DNA of 64,000 nt from Solirubrobacterales bacterium (GTDB lineage: Bacteria > Actinomycetota > Thermoleophilia > Solirubrobacterales > Solirubrobacteraceae): positions 28,679-92,678 of the forward strand of contig DAHUYQ010000010.1 of assembly GCA_027315115.1 (NCBI GenBank), written 5' to 3'. The position numbers and the translations under genes are program-made. The notes under the pieces were generated by a model. It ran no database searches. It was not told where the DNA came from and saw only the letters and a list, made by a program, of their open reading frames with translations. This document shows positions 8,365 to 17,770 of this stretch, piece by piece (position 1 is the stretch's first letter; each line of letters starts with the position of its first letter).

Positions 8365-8588
8365 CTTCTTATTGGCTCTGCGAAGCCAAATCTGCGCCGC
8401 GATGGTGAGCGTCCGCGCTTCCGCTTCGCTGGGTGGGCATGCGCGTGAGCAGGGCATCCTCGTCGGTCGTCTGCAACGCTGGGCGCAGTCGTGGTGCTGC
8501 TGGCGGCGCTTGACCGCGTGCGCGACGAGCGTGACGATCCGCTGTTCCTGCTCAAGGGCGGCACGCACGCGATCCTCCGCGGCGGTCC

Positions 8589-9332
8589 TCACGGCGCGAA
8601 CGCCGCTTCCAACGCGGGCGTCACGTCGCGGTAGCCGCGAACCAGGTGCAGCCGGCCGCGACCAGCGAAGGCGAGGTCGCGCGCCATCTCGCGGTCGTGC
8701 TCGGTCGTCACGTCGCAGAGCACGTCGAGTCGGGGCAGCGCCGCCGCCAGCGGGCGCGGGTCTGGCCCGGCATTGTGGACGCAGTCGGAGAGCAGGACCG
8801 CGCGCGCCCCGCGCGCATCGAAGCTCGCGAGCGCGTCGGTCGCGAGCTCCAGCGGGAAGGCGATGTTGGTCAGTCCCCTGGCCGGCAGCGAGAGCAGCCG
8901 GTAGATCAGCTCCGGTGCGCTCAGCGGCTCGTCGGCCACCTGCAACCAGGCGGCGTCCGACCAGAAGGCCAGCACCGCCAGCCGGTCGTGCGTCAGCGCG
9001 CCGCTCAGAGCGCCGACGGTCGCCGCCGTCAGCCGCACTCGCTCGCCACGCATCGAGCCGGACACGTCGACCAGCAACACGACCGTGCGGCGCGCTCGCG
9101 CACGTTCGCGCACGACGATGTCGGACTGCTCCGGCAGCCGCTTGCCGGCGAGTCGCTCCAGCGTGCGCTCGAGGTCGATCTCATCTGACCGCAACCGGTA
9201 CGGCAGCGCCTGCGCCGGCGCGCGTGGCAGCGGTCGCGGCCGCTGCGCGCGCAGCTGATCTAGCGCCAACCGCACCGCGATGCTTCGCGCCGCATCGCGC
9301 GCCGCGCGGTCCTGCTCGTCGGTCCCGGCCAT
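8589..9332 (-). CDS. VWA-domain protein (frame stays open 75 codons upstream, up to the AAA stop)
   Basis: MIDAS VDVSGSM, LTNI, LLSDCVHNAG; DLERTLE pre-VWA segment. Confidence 0.88.
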   Translation of the reverse strand: MAGTDEQDRAARDAARSIAVRLALDQLRAQRPRPLPRAPAQALPYRLRSDEIDLERTLERLAGKRLPEQSDIVVRERARARRTVVLLVDVSGSMRGERVRLTAATVGALSGALTHDRLAVLAFWSDAAWLQVADEPLSAPELIYRLLSLPARGLTNIAFPLELATDALASFDARGARAVLLSDCVHNAGPDPRPLAAALPRLDVLCDVTTEHDREMARDLAFAGRGRLHLVRGYRDVTPALEAAFAP

Positions 9333-9557
9333 CGCCGCGATCGCGGCCTGCTCGCCGGTGATGACGGTGCTCGGGCGGCCGGAGAGCCGAGCGTGCGCGT
9401 CGCCCGCCGGCAGCTCGAGCAGGATCGTGCTGCCGTCCAGCTTGCGCGCCAGCGCGAGCTCGCTCGGACGCTGATCGAGCTGCTTTGGCCGGCGTCGCAG
9501 CGGGCGTGCGCCCCTGGTGCGCGGGCGACGCGGCAGGCAATCGCCGGCCGGCGCTCT

Positions 9558-10469
9558 TCAGCCCGGCGCCGTCGCCGGGCTGGGAATCAGAAGCTGTTCC
9601 CAGAGCTCGCGCAGGATCGCCTCGGGCGTCTGCTCGCAGACCGGGTCCAGGATGATGCGTCCGCCGAGTGCCACCAGCGCCGCGTCGAGCAGCAGCAGGC
9701 CGTAGCTCTCGTCTTCCGGCTCGCGCACATCGCGCATCGCTGCTAGCCCCAGCGCAAGAGCCGCGGTGTCGATCGCGCCGCGCACGCTCGCGCCCTGACG
9801 GATCAGCTCGTGCTCCCTGGTTGCGCGCGTGAGCGCGACCGCATGCTCGACGAGCCGACGATCGAGCGGCCGCCCGCGGTCCACCGGCGCGCGGCGGCAG
9901 ACGATCTCCGCCTCGGCCTGCGCGTCCTGGTAGCCGACCGCCAGCCGGCAGAGGCGATCGTGGATGCTCGCGGAAAGGCGGGTGGTGCCGATGTTGTCGA
10001 ACGGGTTCATCGAGGCGATCACGCGGAAGGAGTCGCGGGCGGCGATCGTGCCGACGCGCGGGATCTCCAGGGCGCGCTCGCCGATCGCCATCAGCAGCGC
10101 GTTCAGCGTCTCCTCGGGCGCCCGGTTGAGCTCCTCTATGTAGAGAAAGCCTCCTTCTCTCATCGCCTGCACCAGCGGTCCGGCGACGAAGTTCTCGGCC
10201 GTGTATCCCTCGCGCAGCACGCGCGCCGGGTCATGGTGCCCCACGAGCTTGGCGGGCGTCAGATCGCCGTTGCCTTCGACCAGCACCAGCGGGATCTGCC
10301 AGGCGCTGGTGATCGCCGCCAGCATCGTGGTCTTGCTGGTTCCCGGCGGCCCCTCGAGCACGATGTCCCGGCCGGTGGCGACCGTCGCCAGCACAAGCTC
10401 CAGCTCGGCCTCGCGGCCGACCAGCTCGGCAGCCACGCGCTCGCGGATCTGTGAGGCTCCCTGTAACAA
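9558..10469 (-). CDS. MoxR/chelatase-like AAA+ ATPase
   Basis: Walker A variant GPPGTSKT, Walker B variant FLYIEELNRA, ASMNP, DRL, SVRG. Confidence 0.88.
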   Translation of the reverse strand: MLQGASQIRERVAAELVGREAELELVLATVATGRDIVLEGPPGTSKTTMLAAITSAWQIPLVLVEGNGDLTPAKLVGHHDPARVLREGYTAENFVAGPLVQAMREGGFLYIEELNRAPEETLNALLMAIGERALEIPRVGTIAARDSFRVIASMNPFDNIGTTRLSASIHDRLCRLAVGYQDAQAEAEIVCRRAPVDRGRPLDRRLVEHAVALTRATREHELIRQGASVRGAIDTAALALGLAAMRDVREPEDESYGLLLLDAALVALGGRIILDPVCEQTPEAILRELWEQLLIPSPATAPG

Positions 10470-10472
10470 CCT

Positions 10473-10652
10473 CTAAGCGCAGCCGATGTCGTTGACCGCG
10501 GCGAGCGGTAGATGGTGGGCCTGCGCCTCGGCGTACAGCAGATCGAGCTGGGCGCGCGCCTTCAAGGGTCGCGCGGCGGCGACGCCGGCCAGGATGCTGA
10601 TCGCCGTGTTGATGGCGCGCGCGCAGGCCGGCTTCGACGCATCGCTGCTCAT
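10473..10652 (-). CDS. 59-aa hypothetical protein, loosely ANTAR-like
   Basis: 53/59 codons end in G/C (counted); INTAISIL...LDLLYAEAQ..HLPLAAV resembles ANTAR helices; same frame as the AAA gene. Confidence 0.55.
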   Translation of the reverse strand: MSSDASKPACARAINTAISILAGVAAARPLKARAQLDLLYAEAQAHHLPLAAVNDIGCA

Positions 10653-10706
10653 CGACGCATTGTCAGGCCTGTGCCCGCGGCGGCGAGTTGAACCGCCCGC
10701 GGCGCG

Positions 10707-10722
10707 TTGGAGCCGATTACAA
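10707..10722. promoter_or_regulatory. TTGK-N8-MCAA palindrome (putative PucR/CdaR-type site)
   Basis: TTGG-agccgatt-ACAA in the divergent gap before the acyl-CoA dehydrogenase. Confidence 0.6.
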
Positions 10723-10795
10723 ACGCGCCGGCTCCAGGCGCCAGGGCGAGCGCCGAGGCGGCGGTATGGTCGCCGCCGCAAACCAAGGAGCCGCG

Positions 10796-12073
10796 ATGAC
10801 ATGGGATTTCTCGACAGAGCCGGAGTGGGAGCAGGAGCTCGACTGGATGCGCGACCTGATGCGGGAGGAGGTCCTGCCGCTGGAGAGCCTGGGCCTCGAC
10901 CATCAGACCTTCATGAAGGCGATTCGCCCGCTGCAGGAGCGCGTCAAGGCGCGGGGGCTGTGGGCCGCGCACCTCGGACCGGAGCTTGGCGGCGCCGGCT
11001 TTGGGCAGGTCAAGCTGGCGCTGATGCACGAGGTGCTCGGAGCGTCCGAGCTCGGGCCGCCGGTGTTCGGCAACCAGGCACCGGACTCGGGGAACATCGA
11101 GCTGATGGCGATCGCCGCGAACGAGGAGCAGCGCGAGCGCTGGCTGGCGCCGTTGCTCGGCGGCGAGGTCCTGAGCGCCTTCTCGATGACCGAGCTGGGC
11201 ACCGGCTCCGACCCCAGGCAGTTCAAGACGCGCGCGGTGCGCGAGGGCGACGAGTGGGTGATCGACGGCACCAAGTGGTTCGTCTCCAACGCCGACCGCA
11301 GCGCCTTTCACATCGTGATGTGCGTGACAGACCCCGATGCGGACCCCTATCGGGGCCAGTCGATGATTATCGTGCCGACCGACGCGCCCGGAATCGAGAT
11401 GCGTAAGCTCGGCATCCTCAACGACCCCCACCACGTCGGGCCGGTCCACGACCACTGCGAAGTCAACTATCGCGGCGTGCGGGTTCCCGCCGGAAACCTC
11501 CTTGGGGAGCAGGGCGGCGCCTTCACGCTCGCGCAGAAGCGGCTTGGACCTGGGCGCATCCACCACTGCATGCGCTGGCTGGGCGTGGCCAGACGTGCCT
11601 TCGACGCCATGTGCGAGCGCGCCGTCTCGATGAGCGTGCACGGGAGCCTGCTCGCGGAGAAGGAGTTCATCCAGGACTTCATCGCGCTCTCGGCGGCCGA
11701 GATCGCGGCGGCACGGCTGCTGACAATAAACACCGCCTGGAAGATCGATCAGGTGGGCGCCTCCAACTGCCGCGTGGAGATCTCGATGATCAAGTACCAC
11801 GGCGCAAAGGTCCTGCACAACGTGCTGGATCGCTCGATCCAGGTGCACGGATCGCTGGGGCTCTCGACCGACATGCCGCTGCAGGAGATGTACGCCTACT
11901 CGCGCTCTGCCCGCATGTACGACGGGCCGGACGAGGTGCACAAGGCGACCGCCGCCCGGCTGATCGCGCGCCAGTACGCGCCGCGCGAGGTCCCGACCGA
12001 TCACATTCCGACGCGTCGCGCGGCCGCGCTGGAGAAGTACCGTGACCTGTTCGACCTCGTCTCGGCGCAGTAG
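10796..12073 (+). CDS. Acyl-CoA dehydrogenase (ACAD10/11 / LvaC-like subfamily)
   Basis: NQAPDSGNIE, AFSMTE, QKRLGPGRIHHCMR, RMYDGPDEVH; aaggag SD upstream. Confidence 0.92.
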   Translation: MTWDFSTEPEWEQELDWMRDLMREEVLPLESLGLDHQTFMKAIRPLQERVKARGLWAAHLGPELGGAGFGQVKLALMHEVLGASELGPPVFGNQAPDSGNIELMAIAANEEQRERWLAPLLGGEVLSAFSMTELGTGSDPRQFKTRAVREGDEWVIDGTKWFVSNADRSAFHIVMCVTDPDADPYRGQSMIIVPTDAPGIEMRKLGILNDPHHVGPVHDHCEVNYRGVRVPAGNLLGEQGGAFTLAQKRLGPGRIHHCMRWLGVARRAFDAMCERAVSMSVHGSLLAEKEFIQDFIALSAAEIAAARLLTINTAWKIDQVGASNCRVEISMIKYHGAKVLHNVLDRSIQVHGSLGLSTDMPLQEMYAYSRSARMYDGPDEVHKATAARLIARQYAPREVPTDHIPTRRAAALEKYRDLFDLVSAQ

Positions 12074-12156
12074 AGGATCACGCGTGTCGTGGTCGCCTTG
12101 CTCTCAGCTTGAGGTGCCTCCACGTTTCTCGCTGAACTGGACAGTCGACGTGGTGG

Positions 12157-12172
12157 TTGGTGAATCATCCAA
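12157..12172. promoter_or_regulatory. TTGK-N8-MCAA palindrome
   Basis: TTGG-tgaatcat-CCAA, intergenic. Confidence 0.6.
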
Positions 12173-12319
12173 CGTGTGAGCGCTCGGGCTCACCCGCGCC
12201 TGCTCGCAGAAGCTAGCTTCGTGTCAGAAGCGCAGGGCGGTCGCGCCGGCATGGCCGTCCGCCGATGACGAACGCGAGGCGCGTGCGCAGCGTCGCAAGC
12301 GCATATGGGAGGAACGCCG

Positions 12320-12742
12320 ATGGCAACCGAGGTGGGTGCGGAGAGCGCGGAGGAGCGCAACAAGCAGCTCGTCACCGAGTTCATGGAGGTGTTCGGCCGC
12401 GGAGATGTGCAGGACATCCTCTCCTACATGAGCGAGAACGCCACGTGGTGGGTGGGCGGCACGATGGAAGGCATCTCCGGCACCAAGGACAGGCAGGCGT
12501 TCGGCGAGATGCTGAGTGGCATATCGGCCAGCGTCAACGGCGGCATCCAGCTCAAGCCGCTCGCCTGGACCTGCCAGGGCGAGCGCGTGGCGGTCGAGAC
12601 CGAATCCTACGCCGAGCTCCACAACGGCCGCATATACAACAATCTGTACCATTTCGTGTTCGTCGTCAAAGACGGCAAGATCGAATGTGTGAAGGAGTTT
12701 CTGGACACCGAGCACACGACGGCTGTCTTCCTGGCTCCCTGA
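12320..12742 (+). CDS. SnoaL-like/NTF2 family protein
   Basis: NKQLVTEF...YNNLYHFVFVVKDGKIECVKEFLDT. Confidence 0.85.
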   Translation: MATEVGAESAEERNKQLVTEFMEVFGRGDVQDILSYMSENATWWVGGTMEGISGTKDRQAFGEMLSGISASVNGGIQLKPLAWTCQGERVAVETESYAELHNGRIYNNLYHFVFVVKDGKIECVKEFLDTEHTTAVFLAP

Positions 12743-12756
12743 GCCCGCGGCAGTGC

Positions 12757-12772
12757 TTGTACAAAGCTCCAA
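12757..12772. promoter_or_regulatory. TTGK-N8-MCAA palindrome
   Basis: TTGT-acaaagct-CCAA, intergenic. Confidence 0.6.
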
Positions 12773-12874
12773 GCGTGTAGGCCTGTGCGCTGTCGGCAGC
12801 TCGTCGCGCGGAGAGATCGTGGCCGGCGACCGCAGCCAGCGAGCAAGACGGCGACCTAAGAGAAGGAGAAGAGT

Positions 12875-13396
12875 GTGACTGACCAGCCCGTCGAGGAGAC
12901 GCCTTTCATCGGCAACACGGTGCAGGTGGCGATCGTCAGCGACGACCTCCACAAGGGGATCGATCAGCTTGCGCGGCTTGGCATCGGGCCGTTCGCCGTC
13001 TTCAAAGTCACACCGGCGAACTGCACCGAGCAGCGTTACGACGGCAAGCCGGCGCGGTTCGAGATGACCCTCGCCTTCACGAACGCCGCCAACATGATGT
13101 GGGAGGTGATCCAGCCGGAATCGGGGCCGACGATCTACCAGGACTTCCTCGACGCCGGCCACCGTGGGATCAACCACGTAGCCGTCGACTGTGGCGAGCT
13201 CACCTACGAGCAGCGGGTCGCCGGCCTGATCGACCGCGGCTACCGCGAGCTGCAGGGGGGCGTGGCGTTCAACGGGGATGTGCCGTTCAGCTACTGGCAC
13301 AACGGTGATCCCGACGCGCCGATCATCGAGATCTTCGACTTCCCCGAGGGCTTCGAGCCGACGCCCGACGAAGTCTATCCGGCGCCTGCCGCCTGA
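12875..13396 (+). CDS. VOC family protein (methylmalonyl-CoA epimerase-like)
   Basis: QVAIV, WEVIQPESGPTIYQDFL...GINHVA. Confidence 0.85.
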   Translation: MTDQPVEETPFIGNTVQVAIVSDDLHKGIDQLARLGIGPFAVFKVTPANCTEQRYDGKPARFEMTLAFTNAANMMWEVIQPESGPTIYQDFLDAGHRGINHVAVDCGELTYEQRVAGLIDRGYRELQGGVAFNGDVPFSYWHNGDPDAPIIEIFDFPEGFEPTPDEVYPAPAA

Positions 13397-13452
13397 CGCT
13401 CGGTCTCCATCCGTCTCTCCACACAAACGAATCCGAGAAGAGGAGGTCCCCG

Positions 13453-14250
13453 GTGGGACTGACGCCTGAGCTCAGCGACTACAAGGATAAGTTCAAACAC
13501 TACAAGCTCGACCGCCAGGACGGGATCCTGCAGGTCACGATGCACACCGACGGCAGCGATCTCGTGTGGGGCTTCGGGCCCGACGAGGAGTGCGGCTTCA
13601 TGCTTGAGCACATCGGCCGAGATCCTGAGAACAAGGTGATCATCCTCACCGGCTCGGGCTCGAGCTTCATCGACAACGAGGAGTTCGGCACCGGCCAGGC
13701 CGATTCGAGCGTCCCGGCGTCCGTGTGGGCCGGCGTGCTGCAGTTCGCCAAGCGGCTGCTGCAGGCGCACCTCGACATCGAAGCGCCGATGATCGCCGCG
13801 ATCAACGGCCCGGCGACCATCCACGCCGAGCTCGCGCTGCTGTGCGACATCGTGCTCGCAGCGGACACCGCTGTGCTGGCCGACCAGCCGCACTTTCCCA
13901 ACGGGCTCGTGCCGGGCGACGGGGTGCAGGTGATCTGGCCGCTGCTGATCGGCTTCAACCGTGCGCGCTACCTGATGTACACGGGCCAGCACCTGACCGC
14001 CCAGCAGTCGCTCGAGCTGGGTCTGGTCTCGGAGGTCATGCCGGTGCAGGACCTGCTTCCGCGCGCCTGGGAGCTTGCCCGGCAGCTTTGTCAGTCACCG
14101 CCGTTGACGCTGCGCCTGACGCGCTCGGTCTTCACATCGCAGCTCAAGCAGGCGCTCGGGCCGAGCCTCGAGTACGGAGTCGCGGTCGAGGGGCTGGCCG
14201 CCACCGAGTTCTGGATCGAGAAGTTCAAGCGCGGCGGCGTAGACGCCTGA
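13453..14250 (+). CDS. Enoyl-CoA hydratase/isomerase family protein
   Basis: PMIAAINGPA..HAELALLCDIVLA, GLVPGDG crotonase fold. Confidence 0.88.
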   Translation: MGLTPELSDYKDKFKHYKLDRQDGILQVTMHTDGSDLVWGFGPDEECGFMLEHIGRDPENKVIILTGSGSSFIDNEEFGTGQADSSVPASVWAGVLQFAKRLLQAHLDIEAPMIAAINGPATIHAELALLCDIVLAADTAVLADQPHFPNGLVPGDGVQVIWPLLIGFNRARYLMYTGQHLTAQQSLELGLVSEVMPVQDLLPRAWELARQLCQSPPLTLRLTRSVFTSQLKQALGPSLEYGVAVEGLAATEFWIEKFKRGGVDA

Positions 14251-14276
14251 TCGCGACGCCGCCGGCGCGGCCGGCT

Positions 14277-14963
14277 TCAGCTCTCTGGCCAGATCACGCG
14301 ATACTCGTCGGCCAGGAAGCCGAGGCCGGCCCCGTCGGTAAGGTCGGCGTCGCAAAGCTGTGCCCAGGCGTCAGCGGCTTGCGCGCGAGACCGCAGGTAG
14401 GCGTCGGCGTCCTCGAACCACAGCTCGTGCACAGCGTCGAACACGGGCTCCGCGAAGGTGTAGGCGTCGGGATGCGCCAGGCACAGCACGTCGCGGCGTG
14501 CGCCGATCGCCTGAGTCTGTGCGCCCGCCAGGCGCTCGTAGCGCTCGGCGAACTCGCTCAGCGAACGCGTCCGGTCGCGGCGCAGAAGATGGACCAGCTT
14601 GACGCCCGGCGCGTCCTGGCGCAGCGGCTCTCCCTCATGCAGCGTGCGCTCCGTCGTGAAGAGGAAGGCAAGGTTGGGCAGATCGATGAAGTTGGGCTCG
14701 TCCGCGCCCGCTCCTTCGATGTAGTTGGGATCTTCCCCCATTTTCAGGCCGACGTCGATCGAGTCGAACCACGCCTCGGCGATGCCCTCGTAGATCGACT
14801 CCGGCAGCCCCGTCGCCGGCTCGTGGAGCCGATGGCTCTGCACGTAGCGGTGGATGGTGGTGATGCGCTTGGTGACCTCGCCATGCGGTTCACGCCAATG
14901 CTTGTGAAACCTGTCGTCCGAGATATCCGGACGCTTCGGCAGGAATGCGAACATCTTCACCAT
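14277..14963 (-). CDS. Tandem EthD-domain protein
   Basis: RFHKHWREPHG, RYVQSH, YEGIAEAWF, then a second FDAVHELWF repeat. Confidence 0.82.
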   Translation of the reverse strand: MVKMFAFLPKRPDISDDRFHKHWREPHGEVTKRITTIHRYVQSHRLHEPATGLPESIYEGIAEAWFDSIDVGLKMGEDPNYIEGAGADEPNFIDLPNLAFLFTTERTLHEGEPLRQDAPGVKLVHLLRRDRTRSLSEFAERYERLAGAQTQAIGARRDVLCLAHPDAYTFAEPVFDAVHELWFEDADAYLRSRAQAADAWAQLCDADLTDGAGLGFLADEYRVIWPES

Positions 14964-15055
14964 CGGGCGCGTGCTCCTCTTGGTTGGAAGGACGAGGACT
15001 GCCGGCGATTATCGGGAGCGCGCGCGCGTGGTGTGGCCGCGTGGCCGGGGGTCCG

Positions 15056-15071
15056 TTGGCGATCCCTCCAA
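15056..15071. promoter_or_regulatory. TTGK-N8-MCAA palindrome
   Basis: cgTTGG-cgatccct-CCAAcg in the divergent EthD/SDR gap. Confidence 0.65.
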
Positions 15072-15189
15072 CGGCCGGCGGCCAATCGCTCGCGCGGGCC
15101 GTCGGCCGCCAATAGCTTGGCGCCGTCACCGTTGCCCGCGGATCAGCCGCGGCCGCGATCCCAAGGCATGAGCAGAGGAGGTCTTCCAG

Positions 15190-16029
15190 ATGAGCAGTCT
15201 CGAGGGCAAGGTCGCGTTCATCACCGGAGCCGCGCGTGGCCAGGGCCGCAACCATGCGGTGCGCCTCGCCGAACGGGGGGTGGACATCATCGCGCTCGAC
15301 ATCAATCGTTCGATCGACACGGTGCCATACGCCGGTCCCAGCCCCGCGGACCTTGCCGAGACGGTGCGGCAGGTCGAGGCGCTCGATCGTCGCATCGTGG
15401 CGCGCGAGGCCGACGTGCGCGACCTGGCCGCGGTGCGCGCGATCGTCGACGAGGGCGTGGCCGAGCTCGGCCGCCTCGACATCGTGGTCGCAAACGCGGG
15501 CGTGGCCTCGACCTCGCCCGCGCGCGAGATGAGCGAGCAGATGTGGCGTGAGATGATCGACATCAACCTCCACGGGCCCTGGCACGCGGTCACCAGCGCG
15601 CTGCCGCACCTGAAGGCCGACGGCAGCGGTGGCGCGATCGTGCTGATCGGCTCGGTGGCGAGCTTCGAAGGGCTGCCCAACCTCGTCCACTACAACGCCG
15701 CCAAGCATGGTGTGCTCGGCATCATGCGCACGCTGGCCAACGAGCTTGGCCCCGAGAGCATTCGGGTCAACGCCGTGTGCCCGACGAACGTCGCCACCGA
15801 CATGGTGATCAACGAGCACATCATGAAGCTCTTCATGCCTGAGCTCGAGCGACCCACGCGCGAGGACGCCGAAAAGCCGGACTCGGCCTACCGGGCATTG
15901 AACGCGATCCCGGTGCCGTGGATCGAGGTGGACGATGTCACCAACGCGATCCTGTTCCTCGTCTCCGACGAGGCGCGGTACGTTACCGGCGTCGCGCTGC
16001 CTGTCGACGCGGGCTTTCTGGTGAAGTGA
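15190..16029 (+). CDS. Mycofactocin-coupled SDR oxidoreductase (carveol-dehydrogenase-like)
   Basis: ITGAARGQGRNHAVRLA, the IDTVPY..PADLAET insertion typical of the subfamily, HYNAAKHG. Confidence 0.9.
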   Translation: MSSLEGKVAFITGAARGQGRNHAVRLAERGVDIIALDINRSIDTVPYAGPSPADLAETVRQVEALDRRIVAREADVRDLAAVRAIVDEGVAELGRLDIVVANAGVASTSPAREMSEQMWREMIDINLHGPWHAVTSALPHLKADGSGGAIVLIGSVASFEGLPNLVHYNAAKHGVLGIMRTLANELGPESIRVNAVCPTNVATDMVINEHIMKLFMPELERPTREDAEKPDSAYRALNAIPVPWIEVDDVTNAILFLVSDEARYVTGVALPVDAGFLVK

Positions 16030-16041
16030 TCGCGTGCGGCG

Positions 16042-16057
16042 TTGGAGAAAGGCACAA
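16042..16057. promoter_or_regulatory. TTGK-N8-MCAA palindrome
   Basis: TTGG-agaaaggc-ACAA, intergenic. Confidence 0.6.
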
Positions 16058-16221
16058 CGCATGCCGGGACGCGACGCGCTGAGGCGGGCTCCAAGGCCGC
16101 CCGCCACGCTTGAGGGCGGGCTTGGGGAAGGACGCGCGTCCATCGACGGGCAGGCACGGTGCTGCCTCTCTGTGGGTGCGCGCCGGCGCCTGCTAGCTGC
16201 ACGCGCGGCGCTGGGCGCGAT

Positions 16222-16237
16222 TTGGCGGACCCGACAA
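16222..16237. promoter_or_regulatory. TTGK-N8-MCAA palindrome
   Basis: TTGG-cggacccg-ACAA, about 100 bp upstream of the ABC SBP. Confidence 0.6.
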
Positions 16238-16337
16238 CGGACTGACGGTGCTCCGCAAACACGACCTGGCGGCAGAACTATGCTCGGCTCATTGTGGGCT
16301 AAGCGTCTTTTGACTTAAGGGAGAAGAAGGGAACGTA

Positions 16338-17651
16338 ATGCGAAGAATGTTGCTTCGGGGCACCACAGGTGTGCTCATATCTCTGGCCGGCGCGTTCGGG
16401 GTGGCCGCCTGTGGCGGCTCCAAATCGAGCTCGGGCAGCACGACCGGCTCCGTCAAAGAAAGCGGTGGTCCCAGCCTCGTCACGGGCAACGGGCCGATAG
16501 TCATCGCCGACGTTCAGCCGCCTGAGGCCGAGGGCGGCTTCGACTTCACCTCAGGGATGTTGGTTGAGGCCAACAAGCTGAACAAAGAAGGCGGAGTCGA
16601 CGGCCACAAGATCGAAGTCAAGGTCTTCAACGAGCCTGGGACGCCCGCCGGGATCGTCGCGGGGTATCGCGCCGCGGCAGCCGATCAGTCGGCGATCGGC
16701 ACGTTCGTGGGAGATGCGGGAGACGAACTCAAGCCGCTCGGCGCGCAGCTCAAGCTCCCGGCGTTGACCGCTACCGGCACCTACTCGGTGATCCAGCCGG
16801 CCGCGCCCTACATCTTCTCCACGACCTGGGGCCCGCAGTATGCGACCTCGTCGACGGTCTGGGGCCTCAAGCACGCGAAAGGCAAGAAGATCGCGTTGCT
16901 CCACTACAACGCCGACTTCTCGGAGACGATCCCGGGAGCGATCAAGGAACTCTGCAAAGAAACGGGCAAGCCGTGGTCGGGCTGCGAAATCGTCGACGAA
17001 GAGGCGTCCACCGCCGAAGCGTCCGTCGAACAGCTGACGCCTCAGCTCGCGAAAATGAAGGCGGCCAAACCGGACGTCTACTACATCGAGGGTCTCGATC
17101 CGAACGGATTCAAGGCTGCCAAGCAGCTCGGGATGATGAGCGAAGGCATCCCGGTGGTCTCCGACCAGTGGCTCGGGGTGCCGGCGATCGCCGAAGCGTG
17201 CGGTGAAAACTGCAACGGAGCCGTGTTCGGCGGGCACAAGTGCAGGCTGAACGGCTCGGAATTCAAGGAACTGAACCAGAGCGAACCGGTGGTAGCGTTC
17301 TGCAAGTCATTCGTCAAGGAATGGGAAGCTGCATATCCGGGCAAGGAATTCGCGATCTACAGCATCTACGGCCACGACACGGTCGAGATTCTGGCGACGG
17401 TCGCAAAGGAACTCCTGGAAGCCAAAAAGCCGGTCACGCGCGCCGCGGTCGCCGAATCGCTGGAACACCGCAACGGGACCCCGGTCACCTCGCATGGGGC
17501 TGTGACCACCCACCCGGGCGATCCGCGACTGACCGGTACCTGGCACGAATCCTACATCAACACCAAGCTGACATATGTGAACGGCAAAATCGTCTATTCG
17601 CTGGCGTCGCCGTCCGAACAGTCGGCTGAAGTGTCGGAAAAGTCCTTCTAG
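16338..17651 (+). CDS. ABC substrate-binding lipoprotein (branched-chain/LivJ-like fold)
   Basis: Signal peptide with lipobox VAAC, Ser-rich linker, GGVDGHKIEV; strong SD. Confidence 0.88.
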   Translation: MRRMLLRGTTGVLISLAGAFGVAACGGSKSSSGSTTGSVKESGGPSLVTGNGPIVIADVQPPEAEGGFDFTSGMLVEANKLNKEGGVDGHKIEVKVFNEPGTPAGIVAGYRAAAADQSAIGTFVGDAGDELKPLGAQLKLPALTATGTYSVIQPAAPYIFSTTWGPQYATSSTVWGLKHAKGKKIALLHYNADFSETIPGAIKELCKETGKPWSGCEIVDEEASTAEASVEQLTPQLAKMKAAKPDVYYIEGLDPNGFKAAKQLGMMSEGIPVVSDQWLGVPAIAEACGENCNGAVFGGHKCRLNGSEFKELNQSEPVVAFCKSFVKEWEAAYPGKEFAIYSIYGHDTVEILATVAKELLEAKKPVTRAAVAESLEHRNGTPVTSHGAVTTHPGDPRLTGTWHESYINTKLTYVNGKIVYSLASPSEQSAEVSEKSF

Positions 17652-17770
17652 CGCGACTGGATTGAGGTTCTCACTGCCGGTCTGCGTGGCGCGGTGCGGA
17701 TTGCCTGCACCGCGCCCGCAGGCGGGCGGCGAGTGGCCTCCTGGATGGTGAAAGAGACCCGACAACTGCG

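Noticed and set aside
9480-9560. Definite selenocysteine codon/SECIS
   Set aside because: Only a weak GGC-GAUU-GCC hairpin follows the TGA, there is no Cys-type redox context and no sel genes are in the window; left as one testable option
10649-12004. Long antisense/alternate-frame ORFs (e.g. 10649-12004, 36441-37973, 34609-36561, 53131-55077, 60122-61978)
   Set aside because: Shadow ORFs typical of high-GC DNA, opposite or overlapping well-supported genes; Arg/Ala/Pro-rich with no motifs
10461-14995. Weaker TTGK-N8-MCAA-like matches (10461, 10766, 14980)
   Set aside because: One or two mismatches, and they overlap start or SD regions; not counted among the nine
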